Positions 47,160 to 61,200 of a stretch of 64,000 nucleotides of DNA are shown here, in pieces. Source of the stretch: Bugula neritina. Lineage: Eukaryota > Animalia > Bryozoa. Under the pieces are notes generated by a model. It made no database searches, had not been told where the DNA came from, and saw only the letters and a program-made list of their open reading frames with translations. Position 1 is the stretch's first letter. Each line of letters starts with the position of its first letter. A program made the translations under genes and the position numbers. Where the stretch lies: the NCBI GenBank assembly GCA_964035545.1, contig OZ037765.1, forward strand, positions 14,084,698 through 14,148,697, in the 5' to 3' direction.

Positions 47160-47295
47160 GTGCACACATACACGCAACACACACACAACACATATACATA
47201 CACATAGCACACATACACACAACACACAATGCGTGCATAAATGCACACAAAGCACACATACACCACCATGAACACACATGTACACACACACACAA
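47160..47295. repeat. Degenerate (CA)n microsatellite
   Basis: cacacatacacgcaacacacac... runs. Confidence 0.85.
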
Positions 47296-49711
47296 GTTTC
47301 AGTTTCCTGTAGCTGTGTCACCAGTTTAGTTTTGTTTCACCAGCAGTTATGCAACAACTAACACTATTCGAATCTTTTAGCTGTGTTCGTTTAAGTTTAC
47401 ATCAAACAGTAAAGACATTCTTGAATATTACTAGATATTAGTAAGAGCTGCCATCATTGAATAAGATTCCTGCAGTTAGTTGTTCGAACATTAAATAGCA
47501 GTTGACAGCACAAAGACAAGGTAAATAGATTGCTAAATTGATTCTGTGAAAGCAAAGTAAGAAGTGTGAAATGTGTTATGCTGCACTCTATTACCTCTAC
47601 AATCTTAGATAGATATATCTACAAACTTATTAAAACTGTCTCTAAAATATTCAGGCGTCAAACTAACTAAAAAAATAAAAGTAATAAAATATAGTATATT
47701 TTTTTGGTAGATGCTATATAATTATGCAGTTCATATATTTGCTTTATTAAAATATTTTCTAACCACGCACTTACTTTAAAACAACAAATATCCATATTCA
47801 AATATTGAAATTAAACAATACCCTATAAGAGGTGGTATGAAAGCCTATTCATGATTGCATATAATATCAAGATTTTGTAATTATGATGTTATTATTAGGC
47901 CAAAGTCTTATGGTTTGCGCACTTAAAAGCTTTAATGGTTTCTTAATTCTATTGAATTACTGCCTTTACATGATTTTTTGAATAAAGTTTGCCGCAGGCA
48001 GTATATTGCTAAGTAAACTTTAAGAGCAAAAAGTGAGTTCATGAAAATTTCTCTAAGGCTGAAGATTATTTTACGTTAGGTTTCAAAAAGCTAGTCTTCT
48101 TTTAGTTAATAAACTTTCCAAATTTATGTTCAGGGGAAGCTAATTCTATTATTTCTGTTATTTGGAATATAATATTTTAACTTTGCCCATATATTTTTTA
48201 GTTTAGCACTAAAGCGGTCTAGCTATAGGCCTTGTTTGATTAAATAGCAATCAATATTGGTTTGTAGCGCTTGTAAATTTACACTGCTTTGAACAGAAAT
48301 TCTTATTGCAGATCAATTTGACATAAATAAAAAGCTGTACTGCAAGTTGGCACCTTTAACTTTACTAATCTGGCTTCAAATCGTGAGAATATCCCTGAAG
48401 CATGTGTCAACATTTTCATATTAACCAGATAGTTTTTGGTTTCCTTTTGAACCCACAATAAAAAATCTTGGTTATTATAGAGTAAGTTGTTGAATTAGAT
48501 ACAAACACTGATGGGAATGTGTGAAAATAACAATATGCCTCAGCGACTGATTTCTTGGACTCCAACGTTTGCCAGTTACACCTTTCTACCTGAACCACCC
48601 CTTCCCTTTTACAAGTTTTAATCCTGTAGGCTATACTAGGGTTAAGAATGCATTATCATACTTAGTTCAAACCAGAGGTGCTCCATCAGATTGAAAACTT
48701 TTGAAAAAAATTTATATGAAAATACTACAAATTTGGATGTGGGTACAATTTATTACTAACACAAATACAGATCATATGAATTGATCGAGATAGAACTGTT
48801 TTGGCATCTAAATTCTTGTAGTTTTTCATAAAATACATGAAAAATGCATTTTATATTTAGTTTCTACTCTCATATAAAGAATTACTTTAGGTTTGCTCCA
48901 GACTGGTGTAAATAATATTAATGTTATTGTTTTACTATTGCCACTATTGCTACTAATATAAAATAAAATAGTAGATCTGCAAGTTACTTAAAGAAACATG
49001 CTACAGCTACTTGTCTAATAAAATGTGATAATGTTCTAGTTCAGTAATACCACTATAATTAATACTCCATGTGTAAATTATTGTTGATAGTTTACAAACA
49101 CATTAATAGGTAACATTGGCTAGAAACAGTTACCATAATATACCTGTCAATGCCCTGTCACAAGCATAATACATCCAAGACTTGTTATATTGCCTGCAAT
49201 TCCACTCTGATAGCAAGTCACAATAGTTATCATAATTATAGCATTTTAAAGAGTCTGGGAGTATTCTTACATTAGTAATATGCTAAAATTTAAACAGATC
49301 ATCAGTAACAGTAGTAGAAGTTTTATTTCGTACATAAATTTCATTTATACTTAGCATATTAGGAAAGCATTAGTACAGTGAAAATCTCAAAACAATTAGA
49401 GATTCTATAATATACTGTTGAGAAAAATGCAGCAACAAATTACATAATATACACTCACAACTGTTGACTGGACTACACCAACACAGGTAGAATTATGTTT
49501 AATATGGGGACCTCTTCACAAGTTATAGTATAAATGGTCTTTTGAACCAACTTGGTGACTGGTGCTAGTGCATGTCAATTTTAAGTAGGTGGCCTTAAGT
49601 TAATATTACATTGTTAAATTATTATTACCCACAAGAATATCAGCAGCTCTACTCTTTTAAACCGTAAAATATAGAAAAAACACTGAAACATGAAACTATT
49701 AGTTGTTATTT

Positions 49712-49935
49712 ACTCTCGAGCAAGTTTATAGTTGCCATCCATATGAGAAAACCTCTGATAAAAAGGATTTTTGTTAAATTGGGCTATAAAGATTTATTCA
49801 GATAAGGCACAGGAGCAATTATGACTAAATGCTCTTCCTAACATCACCAAATGGCCTTTGTTGGGGATCGAACCCATGACTTAGTGCTTACGAAGCAAAC
49901 GCTCTAGCCCCCAGGGCCTAGACCATGGCTACTCC
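49712..49935 (-). mobile_element. tRNA-derived SINE (second copy)
   Basis: Its reverse complement aligns along its length with 18655-18868, including the B-box ggttcgatccc. Confidence 0.85.
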
Positions 49936-51631
49936 CTATTAGTTGTTATTTACTGCTAAATTCAAAAGATTGGTTCTAGTTTTCACTCAAAGAGCTACAT
50001 AAAACCAATTTGACAAATAGTTATCCAAATATGTATTGTACTAGAATCCTGATAAAGCTTGACTTCATTGCTCATTTTCATTGTTAAAATTATAATTCTC
50101 TAAGTTGCATTATTTATGTTATTTGTTGTGATTGTCTAAAATCAGTAGTATTATTATTGGTAGCTTTTTCAGCATTTACTTGTGTGTATAGGAAAATGGT
50201 CAGCTTAAAAGGCACTTGCTCTTACGCACTATACACAAAGTATGCTGAGTGTTGTGTAACATTTCACTTCACTTCGTGCATTTGTAAAGCACAAAAGATT
50301 ATTTGTTGTATTACCTCTTGACTGTTCAATGTATAATTTTGTTGATGAAAAGTGTTGAGCATTGGCAGCAAACTGAATATGTAATCGGTCCCTTACCTAC
50401 TAGCTATGCAGCTTTACATACTGCAGTGACGTTCGAATCATAAATTTTGACAGAGTTTGTCATAAGATTGTGTGAAGTGTATACAAGGCTGGACTATAAA
50501 AAATGCTGGTATGAAAGGTTAGTGTTAGAAAAAGTAGTTAATGCAGATATGTAGGTGTTGGGAGGTGTCAGAGAAGATAAATACTTTTCAATACCTTTTA
50601 ATATAGTGAGTGTTAGGTACCATGTGTTGAAATATGTAGCAAGTAGTCATAATGGTTTGTTGAACAGTGTCTGCTACCTTAAACAATGTTATTGCTACAC
50701 AACTGCAGACAAGTTCAAACATTTCTACATTTTTACATTTCTAACATTGTAAATTTCATTCTTTTTATAAAAATGATCTTGTGCTCTGAAAAGCTAATGT
50801 TAGTAAGATTGACATACAGTTGAAACCTATAGCTCACCTATTATAATTGTTTTAAACTTATTCAGCATCATTGGCAGAGTGATCAAGATTATAAAAAAAA
50901 AAGGAGATAAACTAATTCTAACATAAATAGAAATTAAAATCATGGCATTGTTGTGATTGAAACTTTTGAAATCTAATCTGATATTTGAGCGCACTAAAAA
51001 TAAAGCAAATGTGAAAAAAGTTACAAAGAACCGTTTTTTAAAAGTAGAGTTTTATGGTAAATGTTCAATAATGTTTTGTTGCAATAATCTTATACATACA
51101 CGCAATAATATATGCAATTGCGGTTAAGATGAAGCTACAAATTTACTGCTTACAATAATTTTAGCATCTGCATTTGTTAGCCATTTTAGCTGAGCCTTGC
51201 AACATGATTTCTGGCTGCTACCAGCGGTAAAGGTGACCTATTGGAAAACTATTCTCTTAGGCATTCACATGAATAGTAATAATCAAGATGTATTTTGGCT
51301 ACAAATGCTAAGCAAGGCAGACTAGCTTAGAGACATATATCTGTTAAAACCAGCTAGCAGTCTTGGTCAACATGAAAACCTGGTGTGAATTTTATGCTTT
51401 CTATCATTGATTTTGAAATGACATTTCAATTGTAAAGACCCCTTCTGCGATATCCATGTGGCATTTAAAATCACTGCTGTATCTCCAGTATATTAATATT
51501 TTTGTATCATATCCTGAAAGGGATTTCTTTGTGCTAGATTTTGTTTGAGGCTATGCTGCTATAATATGTAATGCGAGTCTTTGTCTGTCATATGACTTTA
51601 GTGTCAAACAGCTCTGCAAGTGAGGAGGGTT

Positions 51632-52210
51632 ATGGCTTCTGATCCACCTAGTACTGAACTAGAAATGACTGCCAGCCCAACTCACAGGGTTGATGGACCA
51701 GAAAAGCTATCTGCAGATCTAAGTTATGAACCAACACCTCATGCTTCTAAAGCTGCCAGCTGTGAGGCAATTGATGAAACAGATGAAGCAGATGCTTCAG
51801 GAGGAAATGAGAACCAGCAGACAGACGAGGATAAAGAGGCGGCAGAAGGAAATAAGCTATTTAATATTTTTACCAAAGATAGTTATCAGAGATTACTTGA
51901 TAGAGAATTGGAACGTAAATTGAAAGAAACGCAGAAGAAAAACTCCGACAATGAAGGAAGACTAGTTGATGGGGAAATTGTATTTGATGATCTAGACAAT
52001 GATTCAGCAAAATCATCTCATGACCCTAAACTTGTGGATGGTCAGCCATTACCAGAAAAGCTTGGCAGGTTTCCAAAAGAACTGGAAGGTACTCCTTTAG
52101 AGGAGATAGATGCAAATATAGAAGAAAAGGTTGGTAATGGCATAAATTCGTATGCATTCTTGTGCATGTAGACATTTTAATAATAGAAGTAGACAGTAGA
52201 TGACATGCAG

Positions 52211-52287
<77 letters not shown>

Positions 52288-55200
52288 TGCTTGCATTAAA
52301 TATTATGTAAATATTAATTCTCATAATTGAACCCTTGAAAAACATTACAATGTATTAATAAGCATTGGCCTATAGTAGTTGTTAATGACTAATAGTCACT
52401 ACAAGATTGTTACCATTAGCTTCACAACCTTTACTGCTATCATTTTCAGTTCTCTGAATTGTATATTTATTTTATAAAGCATGCCATGATAATTTTTAAG
52501 AAGCTTTATAAACTGTGTAGATTTTGATGCTAATGCTATCCAACATCAAAGCTAAATATTTAAAACATGAAACCTGTAAAGGTATTAAGCTACAGTAATC
52601 ATAGACCAGACCAGCATTGCATTAAATAAAGACTGGCCTACCTGCATGCCTATTACACAGCAAACATTACATAAGTTATGCTGCCCATTATAGGAGCCTA
52701 TATTATGCATGAATCTTTAATATTTGTTTACCTTAGTTACTGAGCATGCTGTTGGTATATCTAAAGCAATTAAGAGGCAACTTAAGCGCAGCTATTATCA
52801 ACACATTGTTTTTTCACAGCTTGTATTATTCAGCCAGTTTTAGTTTAAACTAAAAAGTGAACTACTCACAACAGTGCAATTATTTGTTTAAAAAGTCATG
52901 AATACACATTACAGCATATCTGTTTATATTAAAAGTGGTTCGGACAATAACTAAGTAAACATTGTTGGCAAGTGGCTGATCAGTTGAATCTGATTCCACA
53001 AGCTGAAATACCACATGGATTAGTCTTCTTATAATAATGAAATATTATACACTTAGACACTTCACGTGAGAAAAAGCAGCTTTTTTTAACAGCTTCTGAT
53101 AGTTTCTCAAATGTTAAAATATGACACAATGTTGGTGTGGCATGTGGTCAGACCTGTCTAGTGGTTAGAATTGCTCAATTCCTGATAATGTTGAACATAG
53201 CATTTAGTCAAAACTGTTCTCATAAAGCTGTCAAGCAATGCTGTCAGCACGGTTTAATTTTTAAAGTGATTGGATATCTAAAAAACTTCAAACATGTTTT
53301 TCTTTTTTTTACGGAAATTTTCAATACCTAATAATTACACAGCCATTAAATATTTACCTAGTTTTTATGTTCTATCATACACGGTGCTGTCATATCAGAA
53401 TAGCTGATAACTTGAAAATATTAGTTTGAGAGCAGTTTTAAGATTCTCTAACTACCTTAATGGTTGTTGAATGTTTCTATGCCCTTTCTTGTAGTCTTTC
53501 ATCATTGTATCAAAGAAGTTCAAGAAGTATCACATATTTCGCTTCTCAGCCACAAGAGCCTTATTCTGTCTATCACCGTGGAATCCAATCAGGAGATTTT
53601 GTTTGACAATCCTTAGCAACCAATGGTTTGATTGGTTCATCCTTTTAACAATAACTGTAAATTGCATTTTCATGCTGATTCCAAAATCTGGCCCAAAATG
53701 TGTTAAGTATGAAACTACAACAGATAATTCTACAGGTGCTTGCATTAAAGAAACAGACTACCTGAATACCGTGCCAGAGTAAGTGTTACTTTCACGAATA
53801 TTTTTCTACATTATATTCAAATCATGTCCTGTTGCAGTTAAGATTATTTTGTGATGGAAATAGTACCTATTTAATGTAGAAATATGATATAGCATTATTT
53901 CAAATGGCACGGTCCTTAAAATCTAACTTGAGTCACAAAACTGGGTAAGAATTTATTTACTTTTATTCTAGCATTCTATTTATTTATTTTTATTCTGTCT
54001 TTAATGTAGACTGCTAAATTTACAATTGATTATGATATAAAACACAATCGCAAGCACAAGCAACAGACAAATTATGTTTTAGCTTTTTGTGTATTTCATA
54101 GCATTGTGAACTTAATAATCATACTGTAGTTTCATATATTTTGTAGAAATCTTTTTCAGTCCATATATACAGTAGAGTTACTAATCAAAGTCTGTGCTAG
54201 AGGGTTGGTTCTGAATAAGTATACTTACTTGAGAGATGGGTGGAATTGGTTGGATTCTATTGTTGTTATTATTGGGTGAGTTTTTATATCCTAAATTTGT
54301 AGGCAAGGGACGGAACTGCAATGATGTCTTCTTTTCGTGTTTAATGTACCTGATGTTAGACACTTCAGGCTCTTGAGCTATGTTCTCTGCTCTGCTAGAC
54401 ATGCATTGCAATACTTTGCAATATGATAAACAATAAAAAAAAAATTAATCAAATCAATAAGCTGTATTATTATACCCATAACTATTGTTGTATTGTAAGG
54501 AGAGACAACAACAGTAATATGATATAATGCTTTACTCTTTTGTTCTTTGTGTCTATTTTAGATATGTGGTGATCATAATTGAAGCAGCTGAATTTAACCA
54601 GTCATCTATAGATTTGAGACCAATTCGAGCTTTCAGGGTGCTGCGAGCCTTGAAAAGTATATCAGTAGTACCTGGTAAATATACCATAGTTTACTGATAT
54701 TAGTGTAAACCTCTAGCTTCTTGCTAATAGCTCAGAAGTTATTAAGTTTTATAATAATAAATGCAAACTAAAAACGCCTTTTAATACTGTGAATGTGTGG
54801 CTCACAATGCCAGATCGATTGCTTAGCTAATTTATATAGTTTATACATGCTGGGCATTGAACTGCTAGGGGAATGATTAAAACTTCCCTTGAGTAAAGTT
54901 GATTAATAACCTCCTCAAGTTTATATTCATTAAAGTTGTTTTAATGTTTAGCATTTTAATAGATTCAACACTTATTCAAATTTGTGACCATGGGCCATAG
55001 ACAGTAGCTTGCTCTCTTATTGCTATTGACTTACCAATATCTTGTGAAGTCACTACAAACATTGCTGTTGGCTACTTATGCCAAAATAAATTTTTTTTAG
55101 ACTGTGTTTTTATCCAAATATCTCAACAGTTTTCAACTATTTAGCTCAAGTTTATTGATGCCAGAGGGTATAAAACTGTTTAATTCCAGAAATACTACCC

Positions 55201-58200
55201 CCGTATAGGCGACCAGCAATATATTCCATTCAGACGACTTTATTTAAAAAACATTAAGGATTAAAAAAGTTAATGATATTTGAAATTGACACTAACTTGA
55301 TTTCATGTGAATCCATGTGCACAGGTGTCTAATTGAAGCCATGTATAAGTGTACAACTGAAGCCATATGCCATAATATGACTCATTAAAGCCGCTGCTCA
55401 AAGAGTTTACTAAAGCTAAACCCATAAGATGCCCACTTGTTTTAAAATAATATAATATGATTTTTTTAGACTATTTATCTATATTATATTGATTCAATTT
55501 CAAAGTTTAAAGTAGTCAAATGAATTTAAATATCATCTGAATCTTAGAAATTAAAAAGAGGCTCATTTTTAAAAGAAAAACACTACAGCTGCAAGTTAGA
55601 TGCACTCTAAAATAGTCTAGTGTATCTATAATTTTTATATATACAATATCTTTAGATTGAGACATGTATGAGAAATGTTGGCGCTTGTTGTTTATGACCA
55701 ATTTCAAAATTGAAAAAAAAAGTTTGAGGGTTCATACAGAATCTCCCCAAGAGCATTAGATTCTGCTGAGAATGTCAGAATAGTCAGCAGTGCTTTGACC
55801 TTTTACAAGGAATATGAACTTTACAGGTCTCAGAACAATAGTGAATGCCTTTTTCAAGTCTCTGAGGATGTTAGGTGAGGTGATGCTGCTCACTCTCTTC
55901 TGCATAGCAGTGTTTGCCTTACTCGCCCTCCAGTTGTACAAAGGTCTTCTCAAACAGAAATGTGTTAATAATATACCCGAGACATTTAATTTCTGCAATT
56001 CAACATATCCTGGTAATGGGTCAGAGTTATGCTTCAATTCCCCTAAGACTCTGCAGACGTACTGGCTTCAAGATGAGGCTAACTATCGCAGAGATCCGTC
56101 TGGTGAATTCATTTTATGTGCGAGCACAGATGATAAAATCAGGTGAGATGAATTTACTCTTATTTTCAAAAAAAAACTTTGCAACAGAAATTAAAATAGC
56201 AATACATAATTTTCTAGCAACTTATGGGTAGGATATAATATTATTTTCAAGTTTTTATAAAACAATTTGCATTTTCAAATAAAAGGTTTAGGGGAGGCTG
56301 GGGCTAGCTTTCATCAAAAATATTTTACTAAAGGCTTTGACCAAAAAGCTCCTGTAACACATATCCATTGCTGTAGTTACGCTTCCCTTGTCTGTTCCTC
56401 TGTTTGCTTCTGCATGTAAGTTTTCACCATTCTGAAAACATTTACAGAATATTTGAATTACACTGTTGACTTATATTTTTATTTGTTCTAAGACTAAATC
56501 TGTGTTAGCATTTATATATTGGGCAGAAAAATTTCAATTAATATAAAACGATAAACTTAAATGCACAAATTTGTGTGCCCAATTGTAATGAACATAACAA
56601 AAATAATTAGTGGGACAAGTTGCACCTGGTTCAATTTCCAATGTGGTTCAACTAGCCCCACACTGTCATGCTACAAATTATTGCCAATATCTGCTGTGAA
56701 TAAGATATCTCTACAACTGTAGGTTATTGCCCAGCTTTGAAAGCATGTTGAAAATACATTCCTGAATTTACTTGACTGGGTTAATGAAATTTGAGAAGTT
56801 ATGCAACTTTTTTTAGAAAAAATAATTTTTCAGTTTGCTCATTTTTTATGCAAGCACCTGAACACTCCTGTTTTGATTTCATTTATTTCAAGACATCTGG
56901 TAGTTGACCTAAATAGCTTTTAAGTAAAGGAGGTAAAAAAGTGCAATGGTTTAAAGTAGGAAACTTAGATAATGTGGTTCAACTAGCCCCACTCTCCCCT
57001 ACAAGTTATTATAATTACAAATATTGATTAGTTTGCTGGCTGTTTAGATGTATATTGGGTCAGAAAATTTAGCAGCCAAGTACACCATCTATTGAATAGC
57101 TTAACTATACTGTGTTTGTAACCTCAGTGGCTGCCCAAAAGATTCTTTCTGTGTACAAGCTGGAGACAATCCCAACTGGAATTACACTCATTTTGACCAG
57201 TTTCACTGGGCAATGCTCAACACCTTACAGCTGGTGTCTCTTGACTTCTGGGAAGACACATATGATAAAGTAAGTTTGATAACAGAATAGATTGTGAGGC
57301 CTGGTGTTTAGCCAAGCTGTGGTTCAGCTTCTACAAAGCTGAGCAAAATTAACTGCAATATGCTACGTACTGCTTGATACTTTCTTGGCCTACTTCACAA
57401 TGTATATTTATAATTAAGTATTTTCAACTTTCCAGAATGATCAAAATTATCATGACAAGCTTCACAAAAGAATGCTTTGTACTGCTGCAGTTTATACATG
57501 ATTGCTATTACTGCAGACTCAACAAACACCACCGCTAATAATTGTTGTCATAGAACCTTTCATTTATTTGCTAATGTTTGATAAACTGAAACGTTACGTG
57601 ATTGTACAGGCTCTGAGAAAAATATATCAGTCTATAATTTGGCTACCTGGCTATAAAATTTCTGTAAATTAATATGCATATTACACAGCGTTCATCAGAT
57701 GAAGTGCTATAATCTTTTCCATTTTTGCAGATCATCATTGTGAGTGGACCTTGGAACATCTTTTTCTTTATGATGGTGGTTTTGCTAGGTTCATTTTACC
57801 TGCTCAACCTTATACTAGCTGTTGTTTTTATGGCATATGTTCAAGAAGCAGATGTAGAAGCAAAGGTAATTTATTAAAAAGATAATTTTAAATGCGATGC
57901 AAATTTACTTATGGTTACATATTAGTAGCTATGTAATCTGTAATATTTCCATACTTTACACCCAGCAATAGTAATTGTAAAGATTTCTGTGAAGTATTGA
58001 TTTTGTTAATTTTATAGACTTAATATTAATATAACTATGCTATATATATATTATTAGTATATTAGGAAGCGTTGTGCCTAAAGTTCTTCATAAGGGTGTT
58101 TGTACTCTATAGTGTTACTCTCTAAAGCACTAAAATAAAGCCAATTGTGAGGTCTATAAGTTTTAGCTACTAAGTGAAACTTAATTAAAAATAACTCCGT

Positions 58201-61200
58201 ATTAACTTAATAGTAACAGTTGCTATACCATCTGGTAAATAGTTCACAATGTATAATCTGCCCTTTAGCTAGCCAAAGAAGAGGAAGAGGTAAGGCTTTG
58301 TTGGTGTAAACAAAGTATTGTGACTAGTAACTAATATTTTACTCTTAGCTTGTGACTCATACATGTTGAGCTTTTCTATGGTAGGCTGCTCTATGTGTAG
58401 TATCTCTTTAGAGCTTTGTGTGTGACTGGTATTGCATTGCCTTGTAGCATAAAATTAAGCTCATTAATAGATAGGTATGTTGATATAATTTTTAGCGACA
58501 CTGAAATTTTAAATAAGGCAGAAGTAAAATATCAAAACTCCTTTCAATTTAGTAATTAAGTGTATTTGCTGGACATTTCTTAATTTTATTAATGCCAAAA
58601 ATCAGTACAATGCTGTGAAAGCATTTTTAAAAAGTAAGTAAAATTATTGTTTATAAAAATATATAATTGCTTTGGATTTATAGGAAGAGAGAGCAAAGGC
58701 TAAGCGAAAAGAAAACACTGCTTTATTATTTGATCCAAAAATTCTAAAGCAGCAACTGCTACAAAAGCAAGAAGAAGAAGCACGAAGAAAACTGGAAATG
58801 GAGTTAGCTAAACAAAGTTCCTCAAACCTAAATGATGAAGCTGGTCAACCATTGAATGAATCTGTTGATGCTAATGAAGACTCAAGCAAGACTAAGGACA
58901 CATTTGAAGAGATTACAGATGTAAAGCCAGATAATAAAAGTGAGATGTCCATGACACAAGTACCACCAATAGCTGTGACTTCACCCAACAACTTCTCTTT
59001 GCCTAATTTTTCAAAATCACCACAGAAATCTGTAAACACTGAAACTACAGATGTTTCTCAAGCCTCTAATAACACCACAGCCGAACATGGTGTCCAGAAA
59101 GAGAAAGCAACTCCAATAAAACGTCCTACTACTGCCCATGGACAGTTTCTAAGAACAGCTGCTATGGTGCCAGACGCCAACTTAAAAAACCGAGAGAATG
59201 ATGAGGTTTTAGAGGTTACTGAACTGGAAGAAGGATATGGAAGTTCTCGCCGAAACTCAGCATGTCCTAACGTAAGTTGACCCACGCATCACTATGCATG
59301 CATGTTATAGTGGTTCAAGCATTATAATACTATATACAATTTTGATGTAATGTCACAGGAATTCTGTGTAGCAGTTGCTTAAAGTTTTAAAAGCACAAAC
59401 TTACAATATTTTATCTAAATAAAGAAATCAAGCAACCTACGATTTCAAAATTTGTTTAATATACTCAATTGCATGTCAATTGTAATAACTGTTTACTGAC
59501 ATTCAAAGCTGCAGTTATAAGCTGCAGCATATGTAGACACAAAGCCACAGCTGAGCTATTATTTTACAGGAAACTACTCAAGAACAAGACCTAAAGGGGT
59601 CCAGAGAAGATGAAGAAGGTTCTTTCTATGATGACCTTCCAGCTATAGACAGAAAGACTGAAAGATATCTGTTGCAAAAATTTGCTACTTTATGGTTGAA
59701 TAAAATCCGACCAGGTTAATATTATGGCATATATTGTGCAGCACAATCTAATGCTAATTATTAATGAAAGGCTGTATAGTCTGTAGTCGATCGGTATAAG
59801 TTCCTGGTTAATTGGTTGTTCTAAAAAACAAAAATGGATAGTATATATAGTACAAGTAAATAATGAGAGAAATAGAAATGTAATCACATCTTTTACTGTT
59901 TGAAGTATGTCAGCTTCACCAGAGCAAAAATGTCTTTTTGGTGCATATCAGTTTGGGTTTGTTCACTTACCAATTCACGTTGAAACATTTCTTTTTAGAA
60001 GAAGACAAGCTAATTGATAGAAATTGCTTGTGCTGTGCTAAGTCTGGATTGCCAACATACCATGTGTGGATGAAAATACAAAATATGGTGTACAAAGTGG
60101 CCAATGATGGCTTGTTTGAGCTCTTCATCACTCTGTGCATTGCTTGTAACACCTGCATCATGGCATCTGAGAGCTACTACATTTGTGAACTCTGTCGCTT
60201 CTGTGTCAACACAACCTGTGATCTCTGTCACAAATCTTGCAACTATGAAGTTGATTCTCAACGTGAGTGGGTAGATGGAATGCCCAAGGTCCATGAGCAA
60301 GTTCTCAGCATCGCAAATGTGGTGGGTTTTCTATACTTTATTATGTTTTTGGTGCTCATTTGTAAGTTCATGCTGTTGAAAATGGAGAACTGGCATAAGT
60401 GCAAAAACTTTTTGAAAAGATACGGCCTAATTATTTGTTGATGATTGCAGGTGTTCACAATTATCTTCACTGTGGAAGCCTGTATCAAATTAGTTGCCTT
60501 TAGCAAAGAGTATTTCAAGGTTGGTTGGAACATATTTGACTTGATTATCGTGGCACTCAGTCTGCCTGATGTCATTCTCTTTTCAATGAAGAACACTGAA
60601 GCAAATGGCTTTCAGCAAATTGCTGGTATTATAAAGATATTCAGATTGGTAAGTTTTAGAAACATAAACACTGAAAGCCAGGCTACATTGGGACATTTTT
60701 AAAAATAAACATGGCTGTTGAAATTTGCAGTATATTAAAATTTGCCGTAAGAACAAAACAGAAAATGGCCGAAAACACATTACGGTAGTGAAATTTTATG
60801 CACTGAAATTGTTTGCTGGAAAAACTTTGTGTACTTAAAAGATAGCTAAATGTATTGACCAGCACTTGTTGAATAATATTCACATTGAGTCTTGTTAGAA
60901 AACATATTTGTTTGCACATATAAATATATAAACTTTTCTAATCCTGGTCAAAAATTTAGAGTTTCGAATAGTTTTAAAAATTTCTGATTCATCAGCCATT
61001 TTTAAACAGAAAAATGCATTATTTTCTAAACAATCAATAGCGCAAAATAGTCATATATTTCATGAAAATCTGAACAGATCTTTGAACTTCTGTTAGAAAC
61101 TGAGTGCTTATTTAGCGTATTATTTTGCTACTAAAGCTAATAATTGCCCATTATGTATAGTTTAACATGAACAAAAGTTTTATATTGCTGGTAGACGCAT

